Of a DNA stretch of 32,000 nucleotides, positions 7,753 through 16,891 are shown one piece after another. Positions within the stretch are counted from its first letter, which is position 1; each line of letters starts with the position of its first letter. The position numbers and the translations under genes are program-made. The DNA lies in the NCBI GenBank assembly GCA_038823825.1, contig JAWBCC010000002.1, positions 120,001 through 152,000 of the forward strand, written 5' to 3'. The notes under the pieces are model-generated. The model had not been told where the DNA came from. It made no database searches and saw nothing but the letters and a program-made list of their open reading frames with translations. Source of the DNA: Candidatus Hadarchaeales archaeon (GTDB lineage: Archaea > Hadarchaeota > Hadarchaeia > Hadarchaeales > Hadarchaeaceae).

Positions 7753-8255
7753 AATCCGTGATGCTCAGTCTAGTAGGAGAAGCCCTGTGGTTTATCCTGC
7801 CCGCATATTTTGCGAACGCTTCCCCCGTGATTTTTGGGGGAGGAAGACCCATCGATGGTGGAAGGAAGTTTAGGGATGGGCGGCCGATTTTCGGCCCGGG
7901 CAAAACCGTGAGAGGATTTCTTGGAGGGCTTTCAGTAGGTACGATTATTGGTGGGTTTCAGACCCTCACAACAAACAATTTGGGACTGCTTCCACTTGCT
8001 TTTCTTTTGTCACTTGGAGCGCTCTGTGGAGATCTCTTCGGAAGCTTTGTCAAGCGCAGATTGGGTTTCGAAAGAGGCAGACCGTTTCCCCTGCTAGATC
8101 AGCTCGGGTTCCTTCTTTTTGCAGTCATATTTGCTTTGCCATTACGTGTTCCATCTCTTTCGATTTTCATCATTCTTCTAGTAATAACTCCAATCATTCA
8201 TCTGCTAGCCAACTGTTTTGCTTATTCACTTGGACTGAAAAAAGAGCCATACTGA
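7749..8255 (+). CDS. carS: CDP-2,3-bis-(O-geranylgeranyl)-sn-glycerol synthase (CDP-archaeol synthase; start 7749 or 7761)
   Basis: LWFILPAYFANASPVIFGGGRPIDGG...GDGRPIFGPGKTVRGFLGG-type signature and GDLFGSFVKRRLGFERGRPFPLLDQLGF are diagnostic of CarS (DUF46). Confidence 0.94.
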   Translation: MKSVMLSLVGEALWFILPAYFANASPVIFGGGRPIDGGRKFRDGRPIFGPGKTVRGFLGGLSVGTIIGGFQTLTTNNLGLLPLAFLLSLGALCGDLFGSFVKRRLGFERGRPFPLLDQLGFLLFAVIFALPLRVPSLSIFIILLVITPIIHLLANCFAYSLGLKKEPY

Positions 8256-8313
8256 AATACAAGTTTTTTGAAAAACCAATTTTTATATCCAAAGCCTGAC
8301 AGATAGATTAAAG

Positions 8314-8700
8314 ATGAACGAAGAAATTTTGCAGGAAATCGAAGATACTCTGCAAGAGCTTAGTAGGCTGGCTTCCGACGGGGCCGTCATAGTAGTGGAG
8401 GGAAAAAAGGATGTCTTTTCCCTCTCCAAACTCGGAATAAACGGTAGATTTTTCACCGTCATGAATGGTAGCAGCATGGTAAATAATATGGACGAGCTCA
8501 TGAAAGAGCGAGAGGTAATCGTTCTCATGGACTTCGATAGGCGAGGCCGAGAGATGGTTTCGTTCTGCAAGCGTCACCTAAGCGGAGTAAAAAATCTTCA
8601 CCTGAACACTGAAATATGGGAGAAGCTGAAAAGCTTGGTCGGAAAATACGTCAAAGACGTGGAGGGTCTGGCTTCCTATCTTGACTCAAGGAGATCCTGA
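8314..8700 (+). CDS. Small Toprim-domain protein
   Basis: AVIVVEGKKDVFSLSKLGINGRF (Toprim E motif) and VIVLMDFDRRGREMV (DxD motif). Confidence 0.87.
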   Translation: MNEEILQEIEDTLQELSRLASDGAVIVVEGKKDVFSLSKLGINGRFFTVMNGSSMVNNMDELMKEREVIVLMDFDRRGREMVSFCKRHLSGVKNLHLNTEIWEKLKSLVGKYVKDVEGLASYLDSRRS

Positions 8701-9296
8701 TTTTTCATCCATTTCAAAAATTTTTCTACAAGTTCTTGTTTTAACCCAATTTTTAGAAGAGCTTCTTCTATCTCCTCTTGGCTTTTACCATTTTTCTTCA
8801 ACCTAGCGACCATCTTGGATATGGTTTCAAACAGCTCGTGCGGAAACCATATCCAAGCATCTGTTTCTCGCGCATAGAAATCTGGGACAACAACTGACCA
8901 AGGCTTGCAATAGAGAGCACAGATTTTGACTTCCCTTACTCCGCTCTCGAGCAGATGCTCCTTGACTAGCTGGAGACTCTTTCCCGAATCTGCAATGTCA
9001 TCTATCAGGAGAACCCTTTTCCCACTCACGTCGATTGGGAGAGGCTGGGTTATCTGCGGTTTTGGAGTAGTCTTATAGATGTCGATATAATGTTCGACCT
9101 TTATGGTGGCGATATTCGGATTTTCTAAAAGGTCCGAGAGAATCCTCCCGGGGATCCAACCACCACGGGAGATCGCAACCAGAATGTCCGGCTTGAAGCC
9201 ACTTCTCTTTATTTTTTCTGCGACCTCTAAACAGAGTTTATAAATTTCATCCCAGCTTGGAACTTCATGTTTGTCAGGCGGTGTGCCTTCGGACAT
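8676..9296 (-). CDS. Phosphoribosyltransferase
   Basis: ILVAISRGGWIPGRILSDLL and the PRPP loop KRVLLIDDIADSGKSLQLVKEHL. Confidence 0.92.
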   Translation of the reverse strand: MSEGTPPDKHEVPSWDEIYKLCLEVAEKIKRSGFKPDILVAISRGGWIPGRILSDLLENPNIATIKVEHYIDIYKTTPKPQITQPLPIDVSGKRVLLIDDIADSGKSLQLVKEHLLESGVREVKICALYCKPWSVVVPDFYARETDAWIWFPHELFETISKMVARLKKNGKSQEEIEEALLKIGLKQELVEKFLKWMKNQDLLESR

Positions 9297-9384
9297 CCGT
9301 TTTATTTTCGATTCTGATTTTTAAAAAAGGTGATTGAAGGGAGCACCGTTCTATTTTTAATCCCAGACAGTGGATTAAGACGCG

Positions 9385-9819
9385 ATGGACTGGTGGGTAT
9401 TCTTTCTCACGTTCGTACCCTTCTTAGAACTCAGAGCATCCCTTCCCGCCGCTCTAGCGATGGGATTTTCGCTCAGCTTTTCGCTTGCAGTATGTGTAAT
9501 TTTAAACATTCTGGTTATTCCACTGGCGTTTTTCCTTCTCGATTGGATAGTTCCACCGTTAAGGAGGAGATTCGAGATAGTGGACCGGCTCTACAAATGG
9601 AGTCTGCGCAGAGCAGCTACCAGAAATCCAGCTGGCTTTCTCGGCCTCTTCGCTTTCGTGGCCATACCGCTTCCTGGAACTGGGGTATATTCTGGATGTC
9701 TGATCGCCCACGTTTTAAGCATGCGTAGGTCTGCAGCCACCCTTGCCATGACTTTCGGAGTTCTTGTTGCGGCAGTATTAATAGCAACCGTCAGTTGGTT
9801 TTCATTTTCCCTTATTTAG
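9385..9819 (+). CDS. Small multidrug export-like membrane protein (COG2426 type)
   Basis: Hydrophobic protein with PFLELRASLPAALAMGFS and VAIPLPGTGVYSGCLIA. Confidence 0.8.
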   Translation: MDWWVFFLTFVPFLELRASLPAALAMGFSLSFSLAVCVILNILVIPLAFFLLDWIVPPLRRRFEIVDRLYKWSLRRAATRNPAGFLGLFAFVAIPLPGTGVYSGCLIAHVLSMRRSAATLAMTFGVLVAAVLIATVSWFSFSLI

Positions 9820-10156
9820 AATTCTGCTTTTTAAGGAGCAGAATGGCTTCGGCTAGATCTCCATTGGTCCTCTCAAGTACACTTCTAGCTTCTTCTCTAC
9901 TCGCACCCGTTTGCTCCATAACTAGCCGCACGTCTTCTTCTTCAATTCTTCTCTTTTCCTCCTCCTTCCCGGAAATTTGATAAATCTTCTGCCCCTGTAT
10001 CTCGGTTATCGTCACGCTCGGTTCTTTGATGATGATCTCCTGCGAACGGGTTCTTATGACGATCTCTTCAACGTTCTCGAGCTCTGATATTTTCACCCCT
10101 AGCTGTTTCATCATCTTTTCCATCTGCCGTTTATTCATCCCCATCATGTTCACCAT
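9812..10156 (-). CDS. nac: Nascent polypeptide-associated complex protein (NAC alpha homologue)
   Basis: MNKRQMEKMMKQLGVKISELENVEEIVIRT...ITEIQGQKIYQISG, plus C-terminal UBA VRLVMEQTGASREEARSVLERTNGDLAEAILLL. Start chosen at MVNMMGMNK, not the longer track ORF. Confidence 0.93.
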   Translation of the reverse strand: MVNMMGMNKRQMEKMMKQLGVKISELENVEEIVIRTRSQEIIIKEPSVTITEIQGQKIYQISGKEEEKRRIEEEDVRLVMEQTGASREEARSVLERTNGDLAEAILLLKKQNSK

Positions 10157-10628
10157 TCCTCCTCCCATATCCTCTTCTGACTCTGACTGCCAACCCACAT
10201 CTGACCTTACCCATCTCCACTCCAGCCAACATGGCAGTTCCGGTGGCCAAGAGTTCATCCTTTTCGTTCACGACTATTACCTCTTCGCCCGGTCTTATCT
10301 CTTGGTCCGCTCTTATGACGTGTTTGGCAAAGACGGTTTTCCCTTGCGCAACGAAAGGTGCCGCTTCATCGCTGACGATGACCCGTAACCTTGGCGTAGG
10401 AAAAGCTCTCAATAGTCCCATCGCCCCTCGTTTGTTTAGGATTATGTGACCATCGGATGCTCTGATAGCGCAGATGGGTTCTCCATTCATCCACACCTGT
10501 CTTATCCTCCCCTTACTTTTTACGATGAAAATTCCATCTGGAAAAAGTTTATCGCCAGCACCAGAACCAAAGAGATAATCCGCCATCATCCTCAACTTTC
10601 TCAATTCAGCTTCGTTGGCTTTTCTCAT
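10131..10628 (-). CDS. PUA-domain protein
   Basis: C-terminal PUA: RLRVIVSDEAAPFVAQGKTVFAKHVIRADQEIRPGEEVIVVNEKDELLATGTAMLAGVEM. Confidence 0.87.
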   Translation of the reverse strand: MRKANEAELRKLRMMADYLFGSGAGDKLFPDGIFIVKSKGRIRQVWMNGEPICAIRASDGHIILNKRGAMGLLRAFPTPRLRVIVSDEAAPFVAQGKTVFAKHVIRADQEIRPGEEVIVVNEKDELLATGTAMLAGVEMGKVRCGLAVRVRRGYGRRNGEHDGDE

Positions 10629-11455
10629 GTTGAAATCCTCCTTCCCACATCCGCATCGACAACGACATGTAAAACCTTTGGCGAGTATTTTTTGACAATC
10701 CTCACCTCAACCTTTTTTATTTCCCTTCCGACACCTTTTGTTATTCTCTGAAGAGGTCTTTCGAAAGCCATTTTCACCGGTACCGTCTCATGATAGTGGA
10801 TAACTCCTCCATCTTCTTTCAGCACTTCGCTGGCGAGTGGTAAGTAAACGTGACCAACGTGCAGAATTCCAAGTATGACTCTGTCGGCGATTCCGCGGGG
10901 AGCGACCAGTGCGCAGTCTCCCAAAATTGGCATAACGATATGTCCAACTTTGTTGAGCCTCACATTTTCACAGAGATATTTGTAAGCGATTGGGTTCTTC
11001 TCAATGGCATAGACCAGCTTGGCTCTTCCCCTTTTCGCAATCGGTATAGAAAACTGCCCTACTCCTGCGAAAAGATCTGCAACCACCTCGCCTTCTTTTA
11101 CGAGATCTGCTATTCTTTGTCTCTCTGACAAGTTTCCCTTCGAGAACATAGTTTCAGCCACGTCCAGCTTGAAAATACAACCAGCTTCCTTGTGTATTGT
11201 TTCTGTTTGAGGTTTACCAGCGATAATCTTTATGGTTGGCTTCCTCCTCCAGCCCTCGATTCCGCCGGTCTTCAGCGCCACCGTATCAACTTGACCGGTC
11301 TCCAAGATCTTCTTTGCAATGATCTCAGCTTCATTTGTGAGCTCATTTGGCAAGCTCAATATGGCTATTCTTCCGATTTGTTGAAAACCTCTAGGAACGA
11401 GCCGCAATTTCTCCTCGGATAAGACTCCCCGGAGAGCTTCCCTCAACCAGCTCAT
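10625..11455 (-). CDS. Class I SAM-dependent methyltransferase of the Trm5/Taw2 (TYW2-like) family
   Basis: VVADLFAGVGQFSIPIAKRGRAKLVYAIEKNPIAYKYLCENVRLN, GDCALV, and the PRGIADRVILG region. Confidence 0.88.
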   Translation of the reverse strand: MSWLREALRGVLSEEKLRLVPRGFQQIGRIAILSLPNELTNEAEIIAKKILETGQVDTVALKTGGIEGWRRKPTIKIIAGKPQTETIHKEAGCIFKLDVAETMFSKGNLSERQRIADLVKEGEVVADLFAGVGQFSIPIAKRGRAKLVYAIEKNPIAYKYLCENVRLNKVGHIVMPILGDCALVAPRGIADRVILGILHVGHVYLPLASEVLKEDGGVIHYHETVPVKMAFERPLQRITKGVGREIKKVEVRIVKKYSPKVLHVVVDADVGRRIST

Positions 11456-12924
11456 TTTCTCTTTCTCTTTTTCACAACTCCGGCTGCAGCAAGAATTCTG
11501 CGTTGAATTTCTGAATTGATTTTACTCTTGCTCATGTCCGCCGGAAAAGCCTTGAGTGGAATCGTTGCTCCGGCCATTTTGGCATGTCCACCTCCGCTCC
11601 CAATATTCGAGAAACTGTCTTTCATGAGTTTTCCGAGATGGAGAGTGTCTAACTTCGTTCTTGCAGAAACATAAATATTACCATCCATTTTTCCATAGAC
11701 CACAACGGTGTTCGGTCCTTCATACGATAGCAGATAATCAGCCACAATCGCAATGTCCTCTCTTTTGTCAACCTCGCCTAGATTGACAAATCTAAAGTCT
11801 CCCTTTATCTTAGAAGCTTTCAATGCCTTGCTCAAGAGTTCGATGTGTTCTGGTGATGGGTGAGAAGAGACCATTCTTATTCGCTGAAAGAGGCTTCTAT
11901 CCATCAATCCAGATAGATATCTGAAGTTTTCCAAATCGATCTCCGTCAGCTCCCTCGTCAGCCACATAGTGTCCGTTAGAAGTCCCATCATCAGCGCCGT
12001 CGCGGTCACAGAGTCTATCTGAATGTTGGCGTGCCGCAGAAAGCTTGTCATTATCGTGGAAGTGGAGGCAACCGGGAAGATCGCCACAAAGTTTCCTTTG
12101 ATTTCACTTTCTGGCACGATGTGATGGTCGATTATTATGGTTGGAATCTTTTCAGGAGGCAAGGCACAATTTGCAGAAGTAGCGACGTCGACTAAAGCTG
12201 TCCACTGATAGTCTTTATCCAAATCTACAGAATTCGCCTCTTTCAACTCAGCATTGAGGAGATTTATCAAGGCGACATTCTCAGGAAGCCCGATTACTCC
12301 GTCGTAGATGATATCTGCATCAACTCCCATTCTTTTCGCGTAAAGTTTTAGCGCAACACCGCTTGCGATGCTGTCAGGATCGGGATTCGTCTGGAGTATG
12401 ATCGCAAGTCTTCCAGCCTTTCTTCTCATGTCTTCCATTAACCTTCTCAATGTTTTTTCCTTCAACATGAGCGAAATTTCGTCGAAAAGAACCGATGCGG
12501 CAGATGCCATCAGCTGATTTTCCGGAAGAATGCCGCTTCCCCCATTTTTTTCGACCTCAGTTTTTTCCGCTTCGTCTTTCACTCTCACCATCACGACCGG
12601 CGTGAGACCCATGACGTTAAGTGTCTTTAAAGGTCCTTCGAACAGATTTCTGATCGTTCGCAGGATCTTCAAGTTTTTTTCAAAGTCGGGGAAGGTTATC
12701 AGAACGGCATCCATTTTCTCTATGCTTGCTTTCAGCAAAGTATCCGGAGAAGCTGGATCTCCGACAAGCACAGAATCATCAGAATAGCCGATTTTTTTCA
12801 GATGCCTTACACGTTCTGGATTATCTTCTATCACCACTATCTTCATCCTTCTGCCGGATAGTTCGCGCAGCAAAGAGAACCCAAAGTCGTCGCAGCCTAT
12901 AAGCATATACATGGTACCACCCAA
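11452..12924 (-). CDS. DHH-family phosphoesterase with N-terminal TrkA_N/RCK-like domain
   Basis: N-terminal Rossmann-like MYMLIGCDDFGFSLLREL..VVIEDNPERV, followed by TNPDPDSIASGVAL, TIIIDHHIV, and C-terminal DHHA1-like GGGHAKMAGATI. Confidence 0.93.
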   Translation of the reverse strand: MGGTMYMLIGCDDFGFSLLRELSGRRMKIVVIEDNPERVRHLKKIGYSDDSVLVGDPASPDTLLKASIEKMDAVLITFPDFEKNLKILRTIRNLFEGPLKTLNVMGLTPVVMVRVKDEAEKTEVEKNGGSGILPENQLMASAASVLFDEISLMLKEKTLRRLMEDMRRKAGRLAIILQTNPDPDSIASGVALKLYAKRMGVDADIIYDGVIGLPENVALINLLNAELKEANSVDLDKDYQWTALVDVATSANCALPPEKIPTIIIDHHIVPESEIKGNFVAIFPVASTSTIMTSFLRHANIQIDSVTATALMMGLLTDTMWLTRELTEIDLENFRYLSGLMDRSLFQRIRMVSSHPSPEHIELLSKALKASKIKGDFRFVNLGEVDKREDIAIVADYLLSYEGPNTVVVYGKMDGNIYVSARTKLDTLHLGKLMKDSFSNIGSGGGHAKMAGATIPLKAFPADMSKSKINSEIQRRILAAAGVVKKRKRK

Positions 12925-12961
12925 TATACTCGTTACGTAAGGAATTTATCCTAAAAGTCGC

Positions 12962-12970
12962 TTATAAATA
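12962..12970 (+). promoter_or_regulatory. TATA-like box upstream of rpo7
   Basis: CTTATAAATA lies about 40 nt upstream of the rpo7 ATG, in a divergent intergenic region. AGGTGA (12991-12996) is a possible ribosome-binding site. Confidence 0.5.
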
Positions 12971-13003
12971 ATATATCCGTAAATCTGGATAGGTGAACAA
13001 AGC

Positions 13004-13531
13004 ATGTTTAAGCTCGTGAAGATAGAGGATACCGTAAGAGTTCCGCCAGACAAATTTAGTGAGCCGATCGAAAGCGCCGTCATTGACATTTTGCGAAAAA
13101 CCTACGTAGGAATAGCGGATAAAGATGTCGGAGTAATTTTAGCAATCACGAAGGTTGAGAAAATAGGAGAAGGAAGAATCATAATGGGAGACGGCGCCAG
13201 CCATCACGATGTAGTTTTTGAAGCCTTGGTGTTCAAGCCCGAGCTGGATGAGGTCGTTCTGGGAGAAATCGTAGACATCACAGATTTCGGCGCGTTTGTG
13301 AGGATAGGTCCTTTGGATGGTCTAGTCCACATCTCCCAGGTGATGGATGACTACATCAGCCATGACAGAAAGAAGGGCATCCTAATTGGAAAAGAGAAGA
13401 AGCTCGTGCTTAAAGTAGGAGACCATGTTAGAGCGAGAATCATGGCAATAGGAGCCGAAAAAATCGGCATGACAATGCGTCAGCCAGGCTTGGGTAAGCT
13501 AGAATGGTTGGAGAAGGAGGGCAAAAGTTGA
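13004..13531 (+). CDS. rpo7: DNA-directed RNA polymerase subunit E' (Rpo7)
   Basis: MFKLVKIEDTVRVPPDKF start and S1 domain GEIVDITDFGAFVRIGPLDGLVHISQVMDDY. Confidence 0.96.
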   Translation: MFKLVKIEDTVRVPPDKFSEPIESAVIDILRKTYVGIADKDVGVILAITKVEKIGEGRIIMGDGASHHDVVFEALVFKPELDEVVLGEIVDITDFGAFVRIGPLDGLVHISQVMDDYISHDRKKGILIGKEKKLVLKVGDHVRARIMAIGAEKIGMTMRQPGLGKLEWLEKEGKS

Positions 13532-13704
13532 AAGCCTGCAAAAGATGCCGTGCACTAGTAGAAGGGAACAGATGCAGTTGTGGCGAGACAGCGCTTTCCT
13601 CCGAGTGGTTTGGTTACTTGATAGTTGAAAATCCGGAAAAATCTGAGATTGCGAAACATTTATCGATAAAAAAGCCTGGAAGATATGCAGTTAGAGTCAG
13701 ATAG
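13528..13704 (+). CDS. spt4: Transcription elongation factor Spt4 / RNA polymerase subunit E'' (TTG start)
   Basis: LKACKRCRALVEGNRCSCGETALSSEWFGYLIVENPEKSEIAKHLSIKKPGRYAVRV. Zinc ribbon, 4-nt overlap with rpo7. Confidence 0.92.
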   Translation: MKACKRCRALVEGNRCSCGETALSSEWFGYLIVENPEKSEIAKHLSIKKPGRYAVRVR

Positions 13705-15346
13705 ATCCTAGCTCGATCTCGAACACTGCGACTGGGTTCTCAAGTCCGAATTTTTCAAGAACGGCTGGGGATATCTCCCCCGTTATTCCTCTTTTTTTCT
13801 CATCTGATAGTATTTCTACAACCCTTCCCGAGATGAAACTGGGATGTTCTGTTTCTCTAATTTCCCATTTGAAAGATAGCTCTCTCATCACAGCTTCCGC
13901 CGCCGCCCTAATGTTCGCAAAGGTTGCTTCACTTCCGGTTATGGCTCCAGCAAGTCTCCGCACAGTTTTAGCGCGAGTTTCGTAGGTCGGGTCTAGCACG
14001 GCAACGTTTCCTATCTCAAAGATTTTCTGTGGTGTCGGATAATGTTTGTTCTCCGCTAACACTTCTAGGAGAGATGGTATTAGAGAAGATCTGATCACCG
14101 AGTATTCTGAGGACACTGGATTTCCAATTTCCACGAGTTCCTCTTCTACGCACATTTTGCCACAAACTTTTTCTTTACTTGAAAGTGTGTACGTCATCAC
14201 TTCTGTGAAGCCCAAGCCGATCATCACAAGTCTTGCCCAGTGAGATATCTTCTCTATCTGGGCTTCCTCCCCCTTGGTCAGCACAGAAGGGACGACCGGT
14301 TCCAATTTGTCGTATCCATAGCCAATCGCTACATCTTCGATCACGTCGATTTCGTGCATTATGTCTAAACGGTAAGAAGGGTAGAAAACTTCTAGCACCC
14401 CGCCACTTCTGTATATCTCATATCTCATCTTTCTGAGAATCTCCACAATTTCACTAGTTTTTAGATCAATTCCGATGGTTTCACAGACGTTTTTGGTGTG
14501 CACCCTAATCTGACCCGGTCGGAAATCCGGAGTTGTCCACGTTCTTCTTCCATTTTTTATTTTAACGTTTGCTATGCTATATCCTCGCTCGGCCAGAGCC
14601 GCCAACATGATGATTAGCGCACCGTGGACAGTTTTCCAATCCAAGCCAGTTACGTCCACGAATATCCTCCTGGTTTTTTTGGTGACTTTTGTATCCTCGC
14701 TGTTGACTATGGGTGGCATCGACAGCACTATCCCGGCAGAATCGATCAGAACTGGATATCTCGGCAGTCCTTTGAGTAGGTGTCCATACTCTATGCCTTT
14801 TGGATGTTTCTCCAAGATCTCAGCTGGGGACATCTCTTCCGAGAACCCAAGCGGGACAAACCTTAGTCCCTCGGGGTCTGTCGTTGTATAATGAATAGGC
14901 GGTTTAACGGTGTCGAGATCATAAACACCTATCGAGGCCTTTCTTCTCTTTCTTCCAAGCGACTCGTGGAGTTTTTCTTGTAGCTGCATTATCGATAGAA
15001 TTGCCTTTTCATTGAGCTTTACGTCTAATGCCACACCCGCCGCAATCATCGGTCTGACATCCTTCGTGCTTTTGTCAATGTATACCACTACCTCGGATTC
15101 TCTCACCTTGTATTTTGGCAGTCCAGTTTCTTTTCCAAGTATCCCCTTTAGAATTCTGGCTATTCCTTCCACGCTGAGCATGTCGGGTCTATTGTGCGGA
15201 ACCTCAACTTTAACTTCATTTCCATCGATTTCCGTCTCTAGCCCGAGAAGCTCCATAGAGTTGACAATTCTGTTTTGTCCAATCCTTCCTCCGACGAGTT
15301 TCAGCAAATCTTCCCAGTCGATCGTGATGGTTGGCATCTCAATCAC
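13697..15346 (-). CDS. pheT: Phenylalanyl-tRNA synthetase beta subunit
   Basis: Archaeal PheT motifs NRPDMLSVEGIARIL, YRLDIMHEIDVIEDVAIGYGYDKLEP, and VMTYTLSSKE. Confidence 0.96.
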   Translation of the reverse strand: MIEMPTITIDWEDLLKLVGGRIGQNRIVNSMELLGLETEIDGNEVKVEVPHNRPDMLSVEGIARILKGILGKETGLPKYKVRESEVVVYIDKSTKDVRPMIAAGVALDVKLNEKAILSIMQLQEKLHESLGRKRRKASIGVYDLDTVKPPIHYTTTDPEGLRFVPLGFSEEMSPAEILEKHPKGIEYGHLLKGLPRYPVLIDSAGIVLSMPPIVNSEDTKVTKKTRRIFVDVTGLDWKTVHGALIIMLAALAERGYSIANVKIKNGRRTWTTPDFRPGQIRVHTKNVCETIGIDLKTSEIVEILRKMRYEIYRSGGVLEVFYPSYRLDIMHEIDVIEDVAIGYGYDKLEPVVPSVLTKGEEAQIEKISHWARLVMIGLGFTEVMTYTLSSKEKVCGKMCVEEELVEIGNPVSSEYSVIRSSLIPSLLEVLAENKHYPTPQKIFEIGNVAVLDPTYETRAKTVRRLAGAITGSEATFANIRAAAEAVMRELSFKWEIRETEHPSFISGRVVEILSDEKKRGITGEISPAVLEKFGLENPVAVFEIELGSI

Positions 15347-16865
15347 CTTCTGATAAGGCCTGATAAAGTGCGCCAGATCTCAACCACGCCAGGTCATTCT
15401 TGAATAGGTCTCTTATGTCTTCAAGTCCGATTTTCAGCATGATTAGTCTGCTCAGACCTATTCCCCAAGCCAAAACAGGATAACGTATACCTAACGGTCG
15501 GAGTAGCTCTGGTCTAAACATGCCCGCTCCAAGAACCTCCAGCCACTCTCCTTTAGGTTCGTGATAAACCAACGCCTGAACAGATGGCTCGGTGTATGGG
15601 AAATAAGACGGCATGAACTTTATCTTTTCGAAACCTAGTGCGTTTAATATTTCCTTCAGATAGCCAAGCATGTTTCTAAGATTCATGCCTCTCTCCATCA
15701 CTATGCCTTCACACTGGTAGAACTCTGCTAAATGTTTGTAGTCGATTTTTTCATGTCTATAAACTCTATCTATGCAGAAGACCTTGACAGGGGGTTTAGG
15801 TTTAGAGGCGAGGTATCTGACTGTGGCAGCCGTGGTTTGTGAGCAGAGTACCGGACGTCTGCTAATCTCTGGATTGAACTTGTATCCCCATCCCCTTGAG
15901 CCTGCCACTCCTTTTTCATGACTTTTTGCTACACGTCTGACCAGCTCTTCGGAAGGGAGCATAGTTTTTTCTGGTTTTTTTACCCAAAGGCTATCGTGTA
16001 TGTCTCTGGCTGGATGATCTTGGGGCTGAAAAAGTGCATCGAAGTTCCAGAACTCTGATTCGACTATCCTCGCCTTTATTTCAACAAAACCCATCCCGAG
16101 CAGGATTCTTCTGATTTCTTCAATCACTCTCTGTTGCGGATGAATTTTGGCGGGGAAAATGTCGGCGACCGGTGCAAGCACATTGTATTTCTTCAACTTG
16201 GCGGTCTTCCACCTTCCAGTTACGATTATCTCTTTCGTCAGTTCTGAAATCTCTTCCCCGATCTCTACTCCTGTCTTGATTATTTCTTCCCCTGCAGGAA
16301 GGATTTTTAGCTTTCTTTCGATTTCTTCTTCTACTTCGACAAGTCCCCTTCTTTCGAGAATAACAACAATTTCCTTCATTTCGGGTTTCAAGATTTCCCC
16401 TCTCCCGATTGCTTCAAGTGCTTCCTCTTCAGGACTTTTGGTGAGAAGCGCAGAACGACCTTCTGGAGTTAGACGCAAAATCCTCTTTCCATCGATTTCT
16501 GGCATTTCTATCCAGTTTTTTCTCCTACACCAAGCCAAGGCGATGTTCATTTCCTGTTCGTTCATTCCCGCGAGTTCTCGAATTTCTTCGATAGGACCTT
16601 CTCTTTTCTCTAGAGCTTGCAGAAGTCTTCGCTCTGGGAGTCCGGCAGTCAGATATTTCATTCCCTCTTCAGTTAGCTTGACTTTTTCTCTTCTTTCTTC
16701 GATGATTTCGATCAATCCTCTTTCTTTTAGTTCTAGCGCGGCCCGCATGACGGTAGCCTGGTTTAATCCGGTTCTTCTTATAACATCCTGAATTAGGGAT
16801 ATCTTCTCCTCACTCAGTGAAGCCAGGACAAGTTTTTCATTAGCCCCCAGTTCTGCAGTTTTCAT
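15339..16865 (-). CDS. pheS: Phenylalanyl-tRNA synthetase alpha subunit
   Basis: Tandem N-terminal winged helices, ALFQPQDHPARDIHDSLW (class II motif 2 region), CIDRVYRHEKIDYKHLAEFYQCEG, and AWGIGLSRLIMLKIGLEDIRDLF. Confidence 0.97.
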   Translation of the reverse strand: MKTAELGANEKLVLASLSEEKISLIQDVIRRTGLNQATVMRAALELKERGLIEIIEERREKVKLTEEGMKYLTAGLPERRLLQALEKREGPIEEIRELAGMNEQEMNIALAWCRRKNWIEMPEIDGKRILRLTPEGRSALLTKSPEEEALEAIGRGEILKPEMKEIVVILERRGLVEVEEEIERKLKILPAGEEIIKTGVEIGEEISELTKEIIVTGRWKTAKLKKYNVLAPVADIFPAKIHPQQRVIEEIRRILLGMGFVEIKARIVESEFWNFDALFQPQDHPARDIHDSLWVKKPEKTMLPSEELVRRVAKSHEKGVAGSRGWGYKFNPEISRRPVLCSQTTAATVRYLASKPKPPVKVFCIDRVYRHEKIDYKHLAEFYQCEGIVMERGMNLRNMLGYLKEILNALGFEKIKFMPSYFPYTEPSVQALVYHEPKGEWLEVLGAGMFRPELLRPLGIRYPVLAWGIGLSRLIMLKIGLEDIRDLFKNDLAWLRSGALYQALSEGD

Positions 16866-16891
16866 CTTTTGCCTCCACTAAAGAGGAGGGT

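Noticed and set aside
10157-10258. Extension of the NAC ORF upstream of MVNMMGMNK
   Set aside because: NAC similarity starts only at MNKRQMEKMMKQLG. The upstream part overlaps the PUA gene in another frame.
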